DNA of 64,000 nucleotides from an uncultured delta proteobacterium (lineage in GTDB: Bacteria; Myxococcota_A; Polyangia; Polyangiales; Polyangiaceae). The notes below the pieces were generated by a model. The model was given only the letters and a program-made list of their open reading frames with translations, was not told the DNA's origin and made no database searches. Below, piece by piece: positions 61,468 to 64,000 of this stretch (its first letter is position 1; each line of letters begins with the position of its first letter). The translations under genes and the position numbers were made by a program. The stretch is from NCBI GenBank assembly GCA_963782055.1, contig CAWAIF010000003.1, forward strand, positions 1,888,001-1,952,000. Reading direction: 5' to 3'.

Positions 61468-62358
61468 ATGACCTCTCCGCTCCGCCTCGTCGCCGGCGCC
61501 GTCGCCCTCTCGCTGAGCGCCCTGTTCGCGCTGCAGGGTTGTAGCTCGTCGACCGAGTCGTCCGATGGCGGCAACCTGGTGGGCGCGATGGAGTCCGACC
61601 TGGGAGGGTCGGTGAGCTACCCGATCGGGACCACGCTGCAGACCACGGCGAACCTCAACTTTCGCACCGGTCCGTCGACGGGCTACAAGATCCTGCGCGT
61701 CATCCCGCTGGGCGGGCAGGTGGTGACGGTCAACCAGACCTCGTCGAACAACGGCTTCCTCAACGTCAAGTACAGCGGCAGCACCGGCTGGGCGTACGCG
61801 GCGTACCTGCAGCCGGTGAACAACGGCGGTGGTGGTGACGACGCCGGCGGCGGGGGTGGCGACGCCGGCGGCGGCAACACGTCGGGGGCTTCGGGCGCGA
61901 TCGCCCGCGCCAAGGAGGGCGTCGGCTTCTCCTACTGGTGGGGTCACGGCCGCTTCCTCTCCAGCGGGCCGACCTCGTCGAACAAGGGAGCGTGCAGCGG
62001 GAGCTGCCCGAGCTGCTCGCACTCCGGGAGCTACGGCGCGGACTGCTCGGGGTACGTCGCGAAGGCGTGGCAGGTGCCCTCGAGCAACAGCAGCGTCTCC
62101 GTCGATTCGCACCCGTACTCGACGTACAACTTCTACAACCAGACGACGTCGTGGAAGACGGTGTCGCGCGGGTCAATGAAGGCGGCGGACGCGCTGGTGT
62201 ACCGGTCGGGGAGCTCCGGGCACATCCTGATGTACGAGTCGGGCGACGCCTGGGGGAGCCTCTGGAGCTACGAGGCGCGCGGCTGCTCGTACGGCATCGT
62301 CCACAACCTCCGGACCGCCTCGAGCGCGTACAAGGCGATCCGCCGCGACGGGTACTGA
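61468..62358 (+). CDS. SH3b + NlpC/P60-like peptidoglycan hydrolase lipoprotein
   Basis: Lipobox LQGC; SH3b NLNFRTGPSTGY...GWAYAAYL; catalytic ADCSGY and GHI. Confidence 0.85.
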   Translation: MTSPLRLVAGAVALSLSALFALQGCSSSTESSDGGNLVGAMESDLGGSVSYPIGTTLQTTANLNFRTGPSTGYKILRVIPLGGQVVTVNQTSSNNGFLNVKYSGSTGWAYAAYLQPVNNGGGGDDAGGGGGDAGGGNTSGASGAIARAKEGVGFSYWWGHGRFLSSGPTSSNKGACSGSCPSCSHSGSYGADCSGYVAKAWQVPSSNSSVSVDSHPYSTYNFYNQTTSWKTVSRGSMKAADALVYRSGSSGHILMYESGDAWGSLWSYEARGCSYGIVHNLRTASSAYKAIRRDGY

Positions 62359-62368
62359 CGGTTCAGGT

Positions 62369-64000
62369 TCACGGGCGGAGGCTCGCAGCGAGGGTCCGGG
62401 CCTGGCGGCCCAGGGCGTCCGGATCGCCCACCCCGAGGCTGATGCTCAGTTGCCCGCCGGCGATGCGGGATCGCACGACGGGCGCCACCATCACCTGGCC
62501 GTCGAGGAGGATGGCCATGCGCCGGTCGATCCAGTCCCCGGTCGCCTGCTCGAAGCGGTCGGCGGCCGCCGGGGAGAGGGTGACGAGCACCGAGGCTGAG
62601 CCCCCCGCGTCGAGGGGAGCGACGGCGTCCTGGACGTCCGCCGTGGTGATCAGGGGCTTGCCCGTCAGCAAGTAGCTGCGCCAGCCTGTCATCGTCTCCC
62701 GGCCCTGCGGCGTCGTCTCGCTCGTCCGTGCGACGCCGAACCGGTGGCCGGCGGGGATCGGGACCTCTGCTAGCCAGCGCTCGAGGCGCGCGCGCGCCGC
62801 CGCCTCGTCCTCGCCCGCACGCCGGTCGACCGTGGCGTAGGCGACGATGCGGGTGGCGCCGTCGTCCCCCGGCAACGATTCGTGCAGCAGCTCCACGCCG
62901 TCGCTCGGGCGCGCGTCGGAGAGGACGTTGGTGTCGTCGTCGATGCGCACGATCTCCAGCGCGGCGCGGCGCGCGTGCCCGCCCGGCGAGTAGCCGGCGA
63001 CGCCCGCCACGAAGAGCGCGGCGGCCGCGCAGACCGCGAGGGGGATCACGACGGGCCGCGGGCGCGTGGCTCGCGGCGCGCGGAGCTCCTCCGGGCTCGC
63101 CGGCTCCTTCAGCCGCGCTCCTCCCGGCAGGAGGCGCCCGAGCAGATTCATCGCGGCGTCGTGCTCCGCGGCGGGCACCACGATGCGCGCGGGCGCGAAG
63201 GGCGCGAACGCCTGAAGCAGGGAGAGCACGCCCATTCCCTCGGCGCGCGCGTCAATCCCCTGACACTCCAGGACGGCGCGGATGGCGTGCGCCGCGGTGA
63301 CGCGGCGGTCCTCCCAGACGGTCACCCACGCCGCCCCGCCGCGGCGCAGCCGCGCGCTCCGCGTCAGGTCGAGCGTCGCGGCGACGAGGAAGGGCACGAA
63401 CACCAGGCTGCTGCCCGTGGCGAGGTACAGCGCCCGGCTGGCCAGCGCGAGCACGACGAAGAAGAGCACCGAGGGCAGGTACGTCCTGCGGACCGCCGCG
63501 CGCGCCTCCTCGCCCGGCTGCGCGGCGAGCCGGCGCGCCAGCCGGCGAAACTCGGCGGGCCTGTGCATCGCCCAGCCGAAGGCGACGTTGAGCGCGGAGG
63601 CGAGCACGACGACGACCGCGAGCCGCGCGACCAATCCCGCGGGCAGGGGCGGCGCCGGGATGTCCAGCACGCGGAGCGACGACCACGCGCCCGCGAGGGC
63701 GAGCGCCGCGGAGTAGGCGACGATGGACCCGGTGGGCACCGGGACCACGGGGCGCGCGAGCAGGCTGCGCGCGCCGCGGTAGGGGCTGCCGTCGTCGGTC
63801 ACCGCCACGGGCGGGGCCTCCGCCGCGGCGATCGCGCGCAGGGTCGCGTAGGCGACCACGCCGATCGCGAGCGCGGCGACGACCCACTGCCGCCCGTCCG
63901 CGGGCGCGTGCGCGACGCCGCCGACGAGGACCCGGAGGGCCTGGGCGGCGGCGAGCATCACCAGGCCGTTGGCGAGCCCCTGCGCGGTGATGGCCCGCGC
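62369..64000 (-). CDS. SecY-like membrane region + DUF2007-like domain + SecD P1-head-like domain fusion, 5' truncated by the window edge
   Basis: ARAITAQGLANGLVML resembles SecY ITxxGIGNGxS; AHAIRAVLECQGI...IVVP (DUF2007-like); ITTADVQDA...RFEQAT...RMAILLDGQVMVAPVVRSRIAGG (SecD head). Confidence 0.7.
   Translation of the reverse strand, partial: ARAITAQGLANGLVMLAAAQALRVLVGGVAHAPADGRQWVVAALAIGVVAYATLRAIAAAEAPPVAVTDDGSPYRGARSLLARPVVPVPTGSIVAYSAALALAGAWSSLRVLDIPAPPLPAGLVARLAVVVVLASALNVAFGWAMHRPAEFRRLARRLAAQPGEEARAAVRRTYLPSVLFFVVLALASRALYLATGSSLVFVPFLVAATLDLTRSARLRRGGAAWVTVWEDRRVTAAHAIRAVLECQGIDARAEGMGVLSLLQAFAPFAPARIVVPAAEHDAAMNLLGRLLPGGARLKEPASPEELRAPRATRPRPVVIPLAVCAAAALFVAGVAGYSPGGHARRAALEIVRIDDDTNVLSDARPSDGVELLHESLPGDDGATRIVAYATVDRRAGEDEAAARARLERWLAEVPIPAGHRFGVARTSETTPQGRETMTGWRSYLLTGKPLITTADVQDAVAPLDAGGSASVLVTLSPAAADRFEQATGDWIDRRMAILLDGQVMVAPVVRSRIAGGQLSISLGVGDPDALGRQARTLAASLRP

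Overview
A 64 kb window of very GC-rich DNA (roughly 72-74% by eye), densely coding, with about 54 real genes. The gene content suggests a myxobacterium (Polyangiales/Sorangiineae-like; inference): several Hanks-type Ser/Thr kinases, an FHA-AAA+ regulator and Cys-rich lipoproteins with D-A/G-G linkers. I found no rRNA, tRNA, CRISPR array or transposase. Recognisable genes include arfB, class III fbp, mscS, ppsA, pfkA, ate, phoD, trxA, kynA, ino1, suhB, apbE and a DyP peroxidase. The most notable observations are: (1) an AT-rich 12-mer, TTGCANAATACA, present in six exact copies, five of them inside genes in different frames and on different strands, which suggests DNA-level selection for a protein-binding or chromosome-organising site; (2) a GMC oxidoreductase-GH3 amide ligase-Ino1-aminocyclitol-type aminotransferase-flippase cluster with nearby IMPase and MMPL genes, a candidate N-acyl-inosamine (lipid) pathway; (3) a DUF559 nuclease gene inside ~190 bp inverted repeats, with a hairpin over its start codon, a 73 bp palindromic insertion and an internally deleted mini-copy elsewhere; (4) a SecY-like/DUF2007/SecD-head fusion; (5) an ApbE/ferric-reductase operon with no canonical FMN acceptor; (6) an EAL phosphodiesterase next to a kinase-PilZ fusion. 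Two genes carry single-base frameshifts that may be sequencing errors.
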